IMG/VR virus record: IMGVR_UViG_3300044274_000306
Location: 1-38,883 of that record
Origin: a virus
Taxonomy: Duplodnaviria; Caudoviricetes
Strand: one strand, 5' to 3'
DNA: 38,883 nucleotides
Shown here: one piece after another, positions 26,689-34,694 of the stretch
How positions within the stretch are numbered: position 1 is the stretch's first letter
Layout of the letters: every line of letters starts with the position of its first letter
Program-made: the position numbers and the translations under genes
Notes under the pieces: model-generated
Seen by the model: the letters and a program-made list of their open reading frames with translations, nothing else
What the model was told of the DNA's origin: nothing
Databases searched by the model: none

Positions 26689-27000
26689 TCAATTCACCTG
26701 GCTGAGATGTGGCGCTCTTTCGATCTGCGCCTCAGCGGCTGCCAGGAACATCATTTGAAAATTGAGTGTGGTCCGAGCAGCCTCCGCATTGACCCGTGTC
26801 TTGGTCAGAGGGCCATTTGCAAGCAGAAGCTCTGCGCGATACTTGCACAAGATCATCAACATAATGTCGGTAACACACTCTGTGCATTGATGGTCGCCTG
26901 GGAATGCCGTTTGGCTAATCCGCACCATAAATTCATTGGCGATCTCGTTCTTCCGCTCGTTGGATATCGGCGGGTGGTCGATTGTTTTGGGGTCTGTCAT
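26689..27000 (-). CDS. Hypothetical protein
   Basis: AGGAGG RBS; abuts the upstream stop. Confidence 0.75.
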   Translation of the reverse strand: MTDPKTIDHPPISNERKNEIANEFMVRISQTAFPGDHQCTECVTDIMLMILCKYRAELLLANGPLTKTRVNAEAARTTLNFQMMFLAAAEAQIERAPHLSQVN

Positions 27001-27450
27001 TTAATCCTCCTGGCAGTTGGGTGACGCCTTTGGTGATTCAGGCATCCTTTGAAATGCAATGGGCTTTGCTTCCGCAAACCCACCGTCATCCGTCATCATC
27101 CACCAATGCTGCGTGTTGTCGGGGTGATCCTCGAAATAACCGACTGCAACATCTGGATAGTGGTGTGGGTCGTGCAGGATCAGAACACGGTCGTGATCCG
27201 CATCATCCATGTCAAAAATCCAGCCCATTGGCTTATTCTCCTTTGTCTCGTTACGGGACGTTTTCGGGGAAAGCGCATCAAGACCAGCGGCAGTGATACC
27301 ACCGTCGTTATCGAGGAAACGGCGCCGATGCAGGGAGTCTATTGTCCCTGCCAGTCCGCCCCAGTCCGAGTTGCTGCGGCAGTGATCATAGATTTTGCGA
27401 CCATTTTTCAGGTTCTCCAAAACCCGCCTCTGCGCCTTGCTGAGTTTCAT
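27001..27450 (-). CDS. Hypothetical protein
   Basis: ATGA coupling; AGGAG RBS. Confidence 0.7.
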   Translation of the reverse strand: MKLSKAQRRVLENLKNGRKIYDHCRSNSDWGGLAGTIDSLHRRRFLDNDGGITAAGLDALSPKTSRNETKENKPMGWIFDMDDADHDRVLILHDPHHYPDVAVGYFEDHPDNTQHWWMMTDDGGFAEAKPIAFQRMPESPKASPNCQED

Positions 27451-27761
27451 TCGCTCGGCTCCTGGCCGTTGGGGGACGGTTGGGCATTTGCGATTTCAAG
27501 CAGCACATCGGCATGGCAGGGCTGGTCCGTTGGACACCAGCAGGCGAGGTCTTTCCCGGCCAGTTCCCCACGAATGGCCGCACGCAATTCCACCTGTTCG
27601 GGTCGCCAGATGTGGTCTCGGAAGCACTGGACCACATAAGTGCGATCAAAAGGGCCGTCGCCATGGAAGGGATTACCCCACCTGGTGGAGCGGTCGACCT
27701 TCACTGTGCCGGGAGGCATGCGCCAACCTTTGCGTCGGCTGAGTTGGATGCGGATCGGCAT
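27447..27761 (-). CDS. DUF4326-like protein
   Basis: VDRSTRWGNPF..LAGKDLACWC..PCHADVL. Confidence 0.88.
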   Translation of the reverse strand: MPIRIQLSRRKGWRMPPGTVKVDRSTRWGNPFHGDGPFDRTYVVQCFRDHIWRPEQVELRAAIRGELAGKDLACWCPTDQPCHADVLLEIANAQPSPNGQEPSE

Positions 27762-28441
27762 CAGCCATCCCTCCCAAGCCGAAGCGTCGGGCGGCTTCCG
27801 CCGACACCTTCTGACAGATCCGTGCGGGTCGCTGCGGCAGATCCGTGAAAGCGGGTCTGACGATCCTGACTTGCCTTATAAGATTTCGCTTCGCTCGCCT
27901 CACCTTCCTGGTTGCGCATCCATTGCTCCGCACGCTGACAGGCGGCGACCTGACTATCTGCATCGAATCGATCTGATATCTTGTTTGCCAGTCCGATACA
28001 CATCCCTTCGATGAAGGATCGCCCCGCTGCCGTCTTAGCGCGGGCCGTTCTCTTGCGTTTGTAATAGGTCGTTTGCCGAAACTGGCGCGGCTCGGTTTCC
28101 AAAGCGATTAAACATCGATCAGCGATATAGGCGGCGATTTGGGGTGCAGGCTCAGCCCCGTAAAACTGCGCGTGCGCATCGCTCCCAATGATCCGCAATA
28201 CCGAACAGCCCAGCCCCTTCGCAATTGCCATCAGAACCCAATCACGCGGGGAGCTTCCTTTGGTGACCGGGCGGCGACACCGTTCCATCGTCATAACCAG
28301 ATCATCCCTGGTTAACCCATGTTCGCGCATCAACCGGGCGGCCGCATCCATCGCGGCCTCTGCTTCGGCCTCTGTGCAGCCGCGATCAACCGTTCGATCC
28401 AGCAACTTCCGAATCTTGGCCTTTAAATCATCTGTTGTCAT
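27761..28441 (-). CDS. DUF2786-like protein
   Basis: KIRKLL..TEAEAEAAMDAAARLMREHGL. Confidence 0.8.
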   Translation of the reverse strand: MTTDDLKAKIRKLLDRTVDRGCTEAEAEAAMDAAARLMREHGLTRDDLVMTMERCRRPVTKGSSPRDWVLMAIAKGLGCSVLRIIGSDAHAQFYGAEPAPQIAAYIADRCLIALETEPRQFRQTTYYKRKRTARAKTAAGRSFIEGMCIGLANKISDRFDADSQVAACQRAEQWMRNQEGEASEAKSYKASQDRQTRFHGSAAATRTDLSEGVGGSRPTLRLGRDG

Positions 28442-28668
28442 AGCGACTCCTCCCCATACTTCCAGCGGCGCTGGATTGGTTCGAGATTCAAGGTGACCTT
28501 CAGGCCATATTCCTTGGCGAGGATATCAATCTCGTCTTCGACATTGAGTGCCTCGCTAAACTTGTTGGCTTTGACCAGGCGCTCATGCTTCGCGATCAGC
28601 ATGCCCAGCGTCTGCAGCGCCTCGTTTGGAATCGACTCCAGGCCGGTATCGAATGTTGGCAATGTCAT
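28438..28668 (-). CDS. Hypothetical protein (76 aa)
   Basis: ATGA overlaps at both ends; AGGAG RBS. Confidence 0.7.
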   Translation of the reverse strand: MTLPTFDTGLESIPNEALQTLGMLIAKHERLVKANKFSEALNVEDEIDILAKEYGLKVTLNLEPIQRRWKYGEESL

Positions 28669-28943
28669 GCGGCTCTCCTGGCGCGGGGGCGGCGGGCCCA
28701 GATGGTCAGCAGGCACTGGTATTGCGTGTCATAGACCACGCGATAGCGCTGTGCTTCGGACAGGTGGACGTTCAGGCGATAGCGGGTCTGGCCGGGCTGA
28801 ACAAAGGTCGGTGTCATCGCCTCCAGGCGCTGCTCCAGGGCGTGCAACACCGTGTAGTCAACGGCGACCTTGCGCTGGACCAGCCGCTCGACCAGGTGAC
28901 GATGAATGCTGTTGCGCGCGAGGATCCGCTCCCGGTCGGTCAT
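28665..28943 (-). CDS. Hypothetical protein
   Basis: ATGA overlaps at both ends; GGAGG RBS. Confidence 0.7.
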   Translation of the reverse strand: MTDRERILARNSIHRHLVERLVQRKVAVDYTVLHALEQRLEAMTPTFVQPGQTRYRLNVHLSEAQRYRVVYDTQYQCLLTIWARRPRARRAA

Positions 28944-29671
28944 GACGCGACCCTCCGCGCGGCACGGACCCTGGGGCCCAATTCTTCAATGACCTGGTCG
29001 AGTTGGTGGTCGGCACACAACAAGAATTCCAACTGATGCGGCTGGATGCCAAGCATATGCGCAATGTCGACGGCGACCTGGCCCTTTTCAGCCGTACCGG
29101 CATTGACCAGTATCCGCCACTGCGCCTCTATCACCCGCTGGCGCGGCCGATAGTCGACTTGCCACATTCCGTCGATGAACACCTGATAACCAGACCAGTC
29201 GACATCGGCCTCACGCTCAGCCATTTTCTTCAGGGCCTCAATCACCGGTTCCCAATCGCGGACCCATTCCAGCGCGCGAACGCCAGTCTGCCGTTTGACA
29301 AAATCAGCCAGGGCGGCTTCAGCCGGGTTGCGCACGACACCGAGATGGTAAAGAGAGATCCACAACGCGCGCGCCTTCGCCGCCTCAACACCATCGGCCA
29401 GCTTGCGGGATCCCGCGCGGGTCGGGGCACGGCTTTTCGTCGGCGTCCAGCCCTGGGCTTTGAAATACCCGATCAGATCCTCCAACTCGGCCAGAGACAG
29501 CTTGGTCGAAGACGTCTTGCCGGCATAGCGCGTCGCCAGAAGGGCGCGATAATCCTCATCGGCAATACCCAGCTGCTTACAGGCAATCTTGATCTTGCCA
29601 TAAAGACCCTTGCGCTGGGCGTTTACACGGTCCTTAGAGGCTGTTGAGGGCTTGCTGAGCGGGGTCATCAC
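28940..29671 (-). CDS. gemA: GemA/gp16-family regulatory protein (DUF1018)
   Basis: KIKIACKQLGIADEDYRALL..GKTSSTKLS..KARALWISL..VIEALKKM. Confidence 0.88.
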   Translation of the reverse strand: MMTPLSKPSTASKDRVNAQRKGLYGKIKIACKQLGIADEDYRALLATRYAGKTSSTKLSLAELEDLIGYFKAQGWTPTKSRAPTRAGSRKLADGVEAAKARALWISLYHLGVVRNPAEAALADFVKRQTGVRALEWVRDWEPVIEALKKMAEREADVDWSGYQVFIDGMWQVDYRPRQRVIEAQWRILVNAGTAEKGQVAVDIAHMLGIQPHQLEFLLCADHQLDQVIEELGPRVRAARRVAS

Positions 29672-30591
29672 AGCATCCCCGCATCATTGGCGGATTTGCG
29701 GCAGCCTTCGCACATCCGGATATACTTGGAATCCGTCGTGAATGCCCTTTGGCATTTCAAACAGTTGCGATGGATGGTGGACTCTTTCGCCTTCTGTTTT
29801 GGAAGGATGGCCGCGACCTTAAATACAGAAACCTCCTCCTGCAGCCTTTGCGACATTTCCTTCGCGACTTCTTTGTTGCTGTAACCCTCGTCAACCAGGC
29901 GCAGCGCTTCGGCGCGCGTTTCAGATGTCCATTCGTGGACGGGCTTTGTAGATGGGTCAGTTGGCGCTTGGCTGGTCTCCACATATCCATTTTCAGGGAG
30001 GGCAGAATCAACAGGATCAGTCTGCGGGGCCGTTACGATGGGTACAGGTACAGTTGGCGCGTCTGAGGTATGCGGTGCGCGATACCGGAATCCTGCGTGA
30101 CCTTCCCACTTTTCGCGGATAATACGTCCAGCTATCGTGGCGTTTCTCAAAGCATTAAAAATCGATTGATTTCCAAATTGAGGTAGGGCCGCACGCAAAT
30201 CTTTGGAAGTCATCGGCTGTTTGGCACCCTGCAGGACGAAAAGGATGCTCGCCTGAACTTTACCCCAAGATGCTGGCGCGCTGGGCGCATCCTCTTTAAT
30301 CGGCCTTGCAATGACGGCGGATTCCAATCGGCCACGGGTCAGCGATATAGGAAAATCTGTGGCAGGCAGTGGGTGGGTTGCAGGATGAGACGGCGAGGCC
30401 TCCTTCTTGTCCTCAGACACCGGCCAAGAGCCCTCTGTTATGTCGCCCATTGTCAAATCATCATGCGGCTGATCCGACCAAACCCAAGCATCCGCATCCT
30501 TTGCCATTTGCACAGGATCTGCATATCCAAACTCAGCGAAGATCTTGATCAGCAGCAGGCGACGGCCTGGCACACCTTCAGATATGCTCAT
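29668..30591 (-). CDS. Multi-domain putative DNA-binding protein (wHTH, GcrA-like HTH, CxxC-CxxC)
   Basis: WTSETRAEALRLVDEGYSNKEVAKEM; RNCLKC..MCEGCR; coupled at both ends. Confidence 0.65.
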   Translation of the reverse strand: MSISEGVPGRRLLLIKIFAEFGYADPVQMAKDADAWVWSDQPHDDLTMGDITEGSWPVSEDKKEASPSHPATHPLPATDFPISLTRGRLESAVIARPIKEDAPSAPASWGKVQASILFVLQGAKQPMTSKDLRAALPQFGNQSIFNALRNATIAGRIIREKWEGHAGFRYRAPHTSDAPTVPVPIVTAPQTDPVDSALPENGYVETSQAPTDPSTKPVHEWTSETRAEALRLVDEGYSNKEVAKEMSQRLQEEVSVFKVAAILPKQKAKESTIHRNCLKCQRAFTTDSKYIRMCEGCRKSANDAGML

Positions 30592-31241
30592 TTGCCGATT
30601 TCCTCCTCATCAAAGAAGCCAATCTCATTGCCCCAACAATCCCAGCCAGGGCGCGTTGTACGGCTGTTCAACTCGACGTATGGGCCCGCCACCAGACGCT
30701 CCAGCCGCGCCATGACCTGGTCGGGCTTGCGGCTGTGCTCGCGCACGGGCGCGATGATCGTGGTCCGGACATCCTTGGCCAGGCGCAGCGGCGCATTATG
30801 TTTGGCCAAGAGGCAGAGTTCGGGATTCTGGCGTGTCCAATAGCCCATGCCGATTGGACAGATCGCATCGGTCAGCGCGTCATAGTCCTGCGCCGCCAAG
30901 GCCTGCGACAGTAGATCCAGGCGGTGGCGTTGTGTTCCGAACAGGTCATAGGTTTTGACCCAAACGAATCCGACCGTCGAATAGGTAAACCCCCAAGCAT
31001 CCAGAATTTCGAACGCTTGCTGCAAGTGTGGGTTCGTCGTCCACATTGCCAAAAGGCAGTCCGGTGCAGCCAGATCCATGACAGGCATCGCCATGATCTC
31101 TGCTTTACTCATCGTGTCGTATTTCGGCGATCGCCCTTTTCCGGAGTCCGAATACGTCTCTTGATCAAAGGCGGGATCCGCATGGATCAGGCCATAATGC
31201 AGCGGCTTCAGATCGCCCCAATACCAGTCCTTGAGTTTCAT
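30588..31241 (-). CDS. MT-A70-family N6-adenine methyltransferase with non-canonical motifs
   Basis: IHADPAF, FVWVK, GYWTRQNPELCLLA, REHSRKPD, VELNSR and GWDCWGNE. Confidence 0.88.
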   Translation of the reverse strand: MKLKDWYWGDLKPLHYGLIHADPAFDQETYSDSGKGRSPKYDTMSKAEIMAMPVMDLAAPDCLLAMWTTNPHLQQAFEILDAWGFTYSTVGFVWVKTYDLFGTQRHRLDLLSQALAAQDYDALTDAICPIGMGYWTRQNPELCLLAKHNAPLRLAKDVRTTIIAPVREHSRKPDQVMARLERLVAGPYVELNSRTTRPGWDCWGNEIGFFDEEEIGK

Positions 31242-31546
31242 CTCCGACCCATCCTTCCAGCGTGGATTCGCTTTGGGTCATATTGATCAAGGTGCTTCTC
31301 AGTGATCTCGGCGAGATGTTGTTCATATGGATGGGTATCCACAGCAACTGAGAGTTTCTTGAAATATGCCTCCAGGCGTTCTTTTGCTACGAAGGTCCTG
31401 CCGCTGTTGCGACCCGATTCCTGCAGGATGGCGCGGTAATCTCGGTAGCTGGCTACGAAGTCGCGCGCAATTGCCGCGATCTCAGCGTTAGCTTGACGGT
31501 AAGCGTCGTCATCCAGTGGGCGAGTACCGCTATATTCTGTGTCCAT
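31238..31546 (-). CDS. Hypothetical protein
   Basis: Operon-coupled with RBS. Confidence 0.7.
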   Translation of the reverse strand: MDTEYSGTRPLDDDAYRQANAEIAAIARDFVASYRDYRAILQESGRNSGRTFVAKERLEAYFKKLSVAVDTHPYEQHLAEITEKHLDQYDPKRIHAGRMGRR

Positions 31547-31549
31547 CCT

Positions 31550-31783
31550 TCAGCCCTCCAGATCGGCGCGATGGCCGGGTTGTGATCGCGCTTCGGATTC
31601 CGCAGCATCCACAGCATGGGCCAGCCGGGACATCGTGCCCGCTTGCCACTTTTCACGCTCATAGGCGCGCCAGTCAGCGATATCCCTCCAGACAGCTTGC
31701 CGCGCGCCCTGATGCAGCGGATTCGCTGCCAGGGTCGCCGCATGCAGCGCCAGGTCTTTGAGGAGGGTATCGGCGTCGCGCAT
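31550..31783 (-). CDS. Hypothetical protein
   Basis: Tightly packed in the early operon. Confidence 0.65.
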   Translation of the reverse strand: MRDADTLLKDLALHAATLAANPLHQGARQAVWRDIADWRAYEREKWQAGTMSRLAHAVDAAESEARSQPGHRADLEG

Positions 31784-31786
31784 CGG

Positions 31787-32020
31787 TCAGCCGCTCTTCC
31801 GGGATGGATGGTTCAGCGCATCCGTTGCGGTGCGAGGATCGATCTCGGTAGCCAGGACCGCGCGGGGCCCGAGACCTCGGTCGATCTCGAATCCCACCGC
31901 TTTTGCGACCTGCCGTGCGGCCTTCACGCTGCGCGCGATGACACTCGCGCCCGTGCCTCCGATACCGACCACAGCGAACACCTTCGGAGACCCGCCCTTG
32001 CCTTTGCCTTTCGACATCAC
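31787..32020 (-). CDS. Hypothetical protein
   Basis: GTGA overlap; GAGGAGG RBS. Confidence 0.65.
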   Translation of the reverse strand: MMSKGKGKGGSPKVFAVVGIGGTGASVIARSVKAARQVAKAVGFEIDRGLGPRAVLATEIDPRTATDALNHPSRKSG

Positions 32021-32682
32021 GCGGCCTCCTCATCGGCAGAGACGGGAGCCGATATCTCGGCAGAGGCCAGATCGATTGTGACTGCCTCCCACTTGGCACC
32101 TGGCTGAGGCCGCTTGTAAAAGCGGATGTATTGCTTGGAACCCATGATCCGGATCGAGTCATTCAGGGCGTCGATTGCGCGACGCCAGTTGTCGTCGTCG
32201 ATGTCGAGACGGCGCAACCCAAACAGGCTGGCGCGATTGATCTGGCCCTGCTTGTCGACCTGGAAGGCATGGTCGACAAGCGCGCGGACCTTGTCATTGG
32301 CCCCCTCCGACCATTCTGATATGCACTCATCAAACAACGCTTTCGCGACCTGCAATTCCGGGCCGAAGGTCAAAAAATCGGCGACCTGGACAACGACCTT
32401 CAGGCAGTTGTCATAGCTGGTCAGGGTCATGTTGCCCTTGGCACCGCCTTTCTTCGCGCCGTACTTCTCGGCCAAGATATCCACGAAGGTGGCAACATCG
32501 TCATTGGTGTGGCCTTTAAACCGCGCGATCTGGGCATTCAGATCCTCGGCATGACGCAGAATCTCGCGAACCGTCTGATCCTCCAGCGCTTCATGCGGTT
32601 TGACCATGCTGCGCGGCACGTAGCGGCCCTTGCCATCCAGGACAAAGTCTTTAGGCGGGCGGGTTGCTGTATTGTCAGTCAT
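32017..32682 (-). CDS. DUF3164-family Mu-like phage protein
   Basis: DGKGRYVP..GGAKGNMTLTSYD..FGPELQVAKAL..SKQYIRFYKR. Confidence 0.88.
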   Translation of the reverse strand: MTDNTATRPPKDFVLDGKGRYVPRSMVKPHEALEDQTVREILRHAEDLNAQIARFKGHTNDDVATFVDILAEKYGAKKGGAKGNMTLTSYDNCLKVVVQVADFLTFGPELQVAKALFDECISEWSEGANDKVRALVDHAFQVDKQGQINRASLFGLRRLDIDDDNWRRAIDALNDSIRIMGSKQYIRFYKRPQPGAKWEAVTIDLASAEISAPVSADEEAA

Positions 32683-32792
32683 TTAAGAACACTCCTCTTG
32701 GGTTGAGATAACAGGGTGCGAAACCAGCGGATTTGCTGGCAGATCGCCCAAACGCCAGGCAGGCGGTGCGCAGATTTCAGTAAGGCCCTCAT
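32679..32792 (-). CDS. 37-aa small protein MRALLKSAHRLPGVWAICQQIRWFRTLLSQPKRSVLK, not in the ORF track
   Basis: ATGA overlaps at both ends; GGAGG upstream. Confidence 0.6.
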   Translation of the reverse strand: MRALLKSAHRLPGVWAICQQIRWFRTLLSQPKRSVLK

Positions 32793-33295
32793 TCCGCTGC
32801 CTCCGCGCGATTTTCAGGCTTGCCGAGGCGAACTGCGACGCCCTCAAGCTCTTCCAGAACTGTGAAGGGTTGTTCGTCTGCGGCGACTGTAATGATGGCA
32901 AAAGCCCTATCCACGCGCTCCCTGAGAACGTCCTCTGTTCCTTTGAGACGGTTCAAAACCAAGCGCGACGCCCGCTGTATATGAACGATATCCAGGATCT
33001 GTGGAGCGAGGACATCTCGAAGGTTTTGGATGTCAGCCTGCAGAATGGGATCTTTTGCCAACCGGGCTTCGAATGAGGTCAAAGCAGACATGATTGTTGT
33101 ATGATCCCGATTGCCAATTTCTCGACCGATCATCGGTAAAGAGGCCGATGTCAGGGAGCGCGACAGATAGATCACCGCGTGACGTGGGATAATCACTGCG
33201 GTATCGCGACGGAGACTTTCAATATCCGAAACTGTGACCTCGTATTTTTCGGCAACGGTTTCTTTGATCAATTTGATTGGCGCTAAGATCGTCAT
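32789..33295 (-). CDS. DnaA C-terminal (domain IV)-like HTH protein
   Basis: PRHAVIYLSRSLTSASLPMIGREIGNRDHTTIMSA. Confidence 0.88.
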   Translation of the reverse strand: MTILAPIKLIKETVAEKYEVTVSDIESLRRDTAVIIPRHAVIYLSRSLTSASLPMIGREIGNRDHTTIMSALTSFEARLAKDPILQADIQNLRDVLAPQILDIVHIQRASRLVLNRLKGTEDVLRERVDRAFAIITVAADEQPFTVLEELEGVAVRLGKPENRAEAAE

Positions 33296-33651
33296 GCCGC
33301 ATCTCCTCCGCCATTTGGTTTTGGTGGGTTCTTTGGGTGCCGACGCAGAGTATCGAGCCGCAAATTATCGCTATATGCCCGAAAGCCCGGATCACCGATT
33401 TCAGGCTGTTCAGATTTGCACTGGTCGGGCGCAGGGCGCAGCGGCACGACATTGTCCGGCCCGCTGTCGGTTTGCCCATCAGTGTTCTGTCCGCCATCCG
33501 CTAGCAGCGCCATTGTATCGGCGATGCCGGCCAACCGCCGCATGGCGTGGACGAAATATTCCTGAGTCAATTCTCCCGCCAGAAACTGTTTGTCCAAGCT
33601 CTGCAGGATTGCCCGTTGGCGATGGGCCAGGGTACGGAGTTCTATGGTCAT
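33292..33651 (-). CDS. Hypothetical protein
   Basis: ATGA overlaps at both ends. Confidence 0.7.
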   Translation of the reverse strand: MTIELRTLAHRQRAILQSLDKQFLAGELTQEYFVHAMRRLAGIADTMALLADGGQNTDGQTDSGPDNVVPLRPAPDQCKSEQPEIGDPGFRAYSDNLRLDTLRRHPKNPPKPNGGGDAA

Positions 33652-34607
33652 ACCCGATCTCCCTCAGTGCCTGCCAGTTGCTGCCAGGCCTGTCGCAAAT
33701 GGCCCAGACACCGCGTCTCACCCGCGCCATCGGCCGTCACCGTCGCGATCCGCATCATCTTGGTGACGCTGCGCAGCGCGCCAGGCTTCGCTGCGATCTT
33801 GGCAATGAAGGTTCGCTCTGCCGCATCGGTGATGCTCCAGGCATCCGCGATCGAGTCCACATCACCCTTGCGCGCCTTGTTCAGCACAAGGCGCATGCCG
33901 ACACGGCTGGCCAGCTGGGCGTACTGTCCGCGCCCGGACCCACCAGCGATCTTCTTTAGGATGGAGTGGTTGCCCGCCAGCACGACCCCAGCACCCGCCG
34001 TATCGCTGAAGGCGCGCAGCTGCTCCAGCATGTCCATGCCGGCATGCTGCGCCTCGTCAATGATGATCAGCCCTTCCTTCGCCTGCAGGAACGCGCCAAT
34101 CCTCTGGCTCAACAGTGCCGGATTCTTTTCGGTGATCCGCATCACTTCCGTCAGCAGAATCAACATCGCAAACACGCTCTTGCAACTCGGCTCCAGCGTT
34201 AGGCGAAACACGTTGGGCGTGGTCGCGGCGTAATGGTCGATCGCGCTCGTCTTGCCAATTCCCGGCACACCAACAACGACGCAGAGGTCCTGCGCGACAT
34301 GGGCATAACGCAGCAGCGCCAGAATCTCGCTAGCGCTCGGCGTCGGACGATAACCTGGCACCGGCGGCAGGGTTGCATTCACCGCCGCCGCAGCTGTGCG
34401 TGCCGCCAGCCAGCGGGAGACCATTACTGCGATCCGCTCGTTGTCACCCGCGTATTTCCCGGTACTGAAGACACTGATCGTCCCGGCCTTGACGCCGCTG
34501 GCGCGCTCAATATCAGTCCAGGTCAGGCCCTCGCGGGCCTTGATCTCATTTAATTGGCGGCGAATGCCGTCAATGTCGGTTTCGGTGGTAATCGCGATAT
34601 CGTTCAT
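33648..34607 (-). CDS. MuB-like transposition AAA+ ATPase
   Basis: Walker A GVPGIGKT, Walker B IIIDEAQH, AQLASRVG and GALR. Confidence 0.95.
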   Translation of the reverse strand: MNDIAITTETDIDGIRRQLNEIKAREGLTWTDIERASGVKAGTISVFSTGKYAGDNERIAVMVSRWLAARTAAAAVNATLPPVPGYRPTPSASEILALLRYAHVAQDLCVVVGVPGIGKTSAIDHYAATTPNVFRLTLEPSCKSVFAMLILLTEVMRITEKNPALLSQRIGAFLQAKEGLIIIDEAQHAGMDMLEQLRAFSDTAGAGVVLAGNHSILKKIAGGSGRGQYAQLASRVGMRLVLNKARKGDVDSIADAWSITDAAERTFIAKIAAKPGALRSVTKMMRIATVTADGAGETRCLGHLRQAWQQLAGTEGDRV

Positions 34608-34650
34608 GTAGAAACAACTCCTGCGGTTGGGGCCATCAGGCCCGGTTGAA

Positions 34651-34683
34651 GAGGGCGTGTCCGATGTCGGTCGGCACGCCCTC
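34651..34683. other. Stem-loop between MuA and MuB
   Basis: GAGGGCGTG/CACGCCCTC with inner CCGA/TCGG; GCTTTT follows on the plus strand. Confidence 0.6.
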
Positions 34684-34694
34684 GCTTTTGCGGG

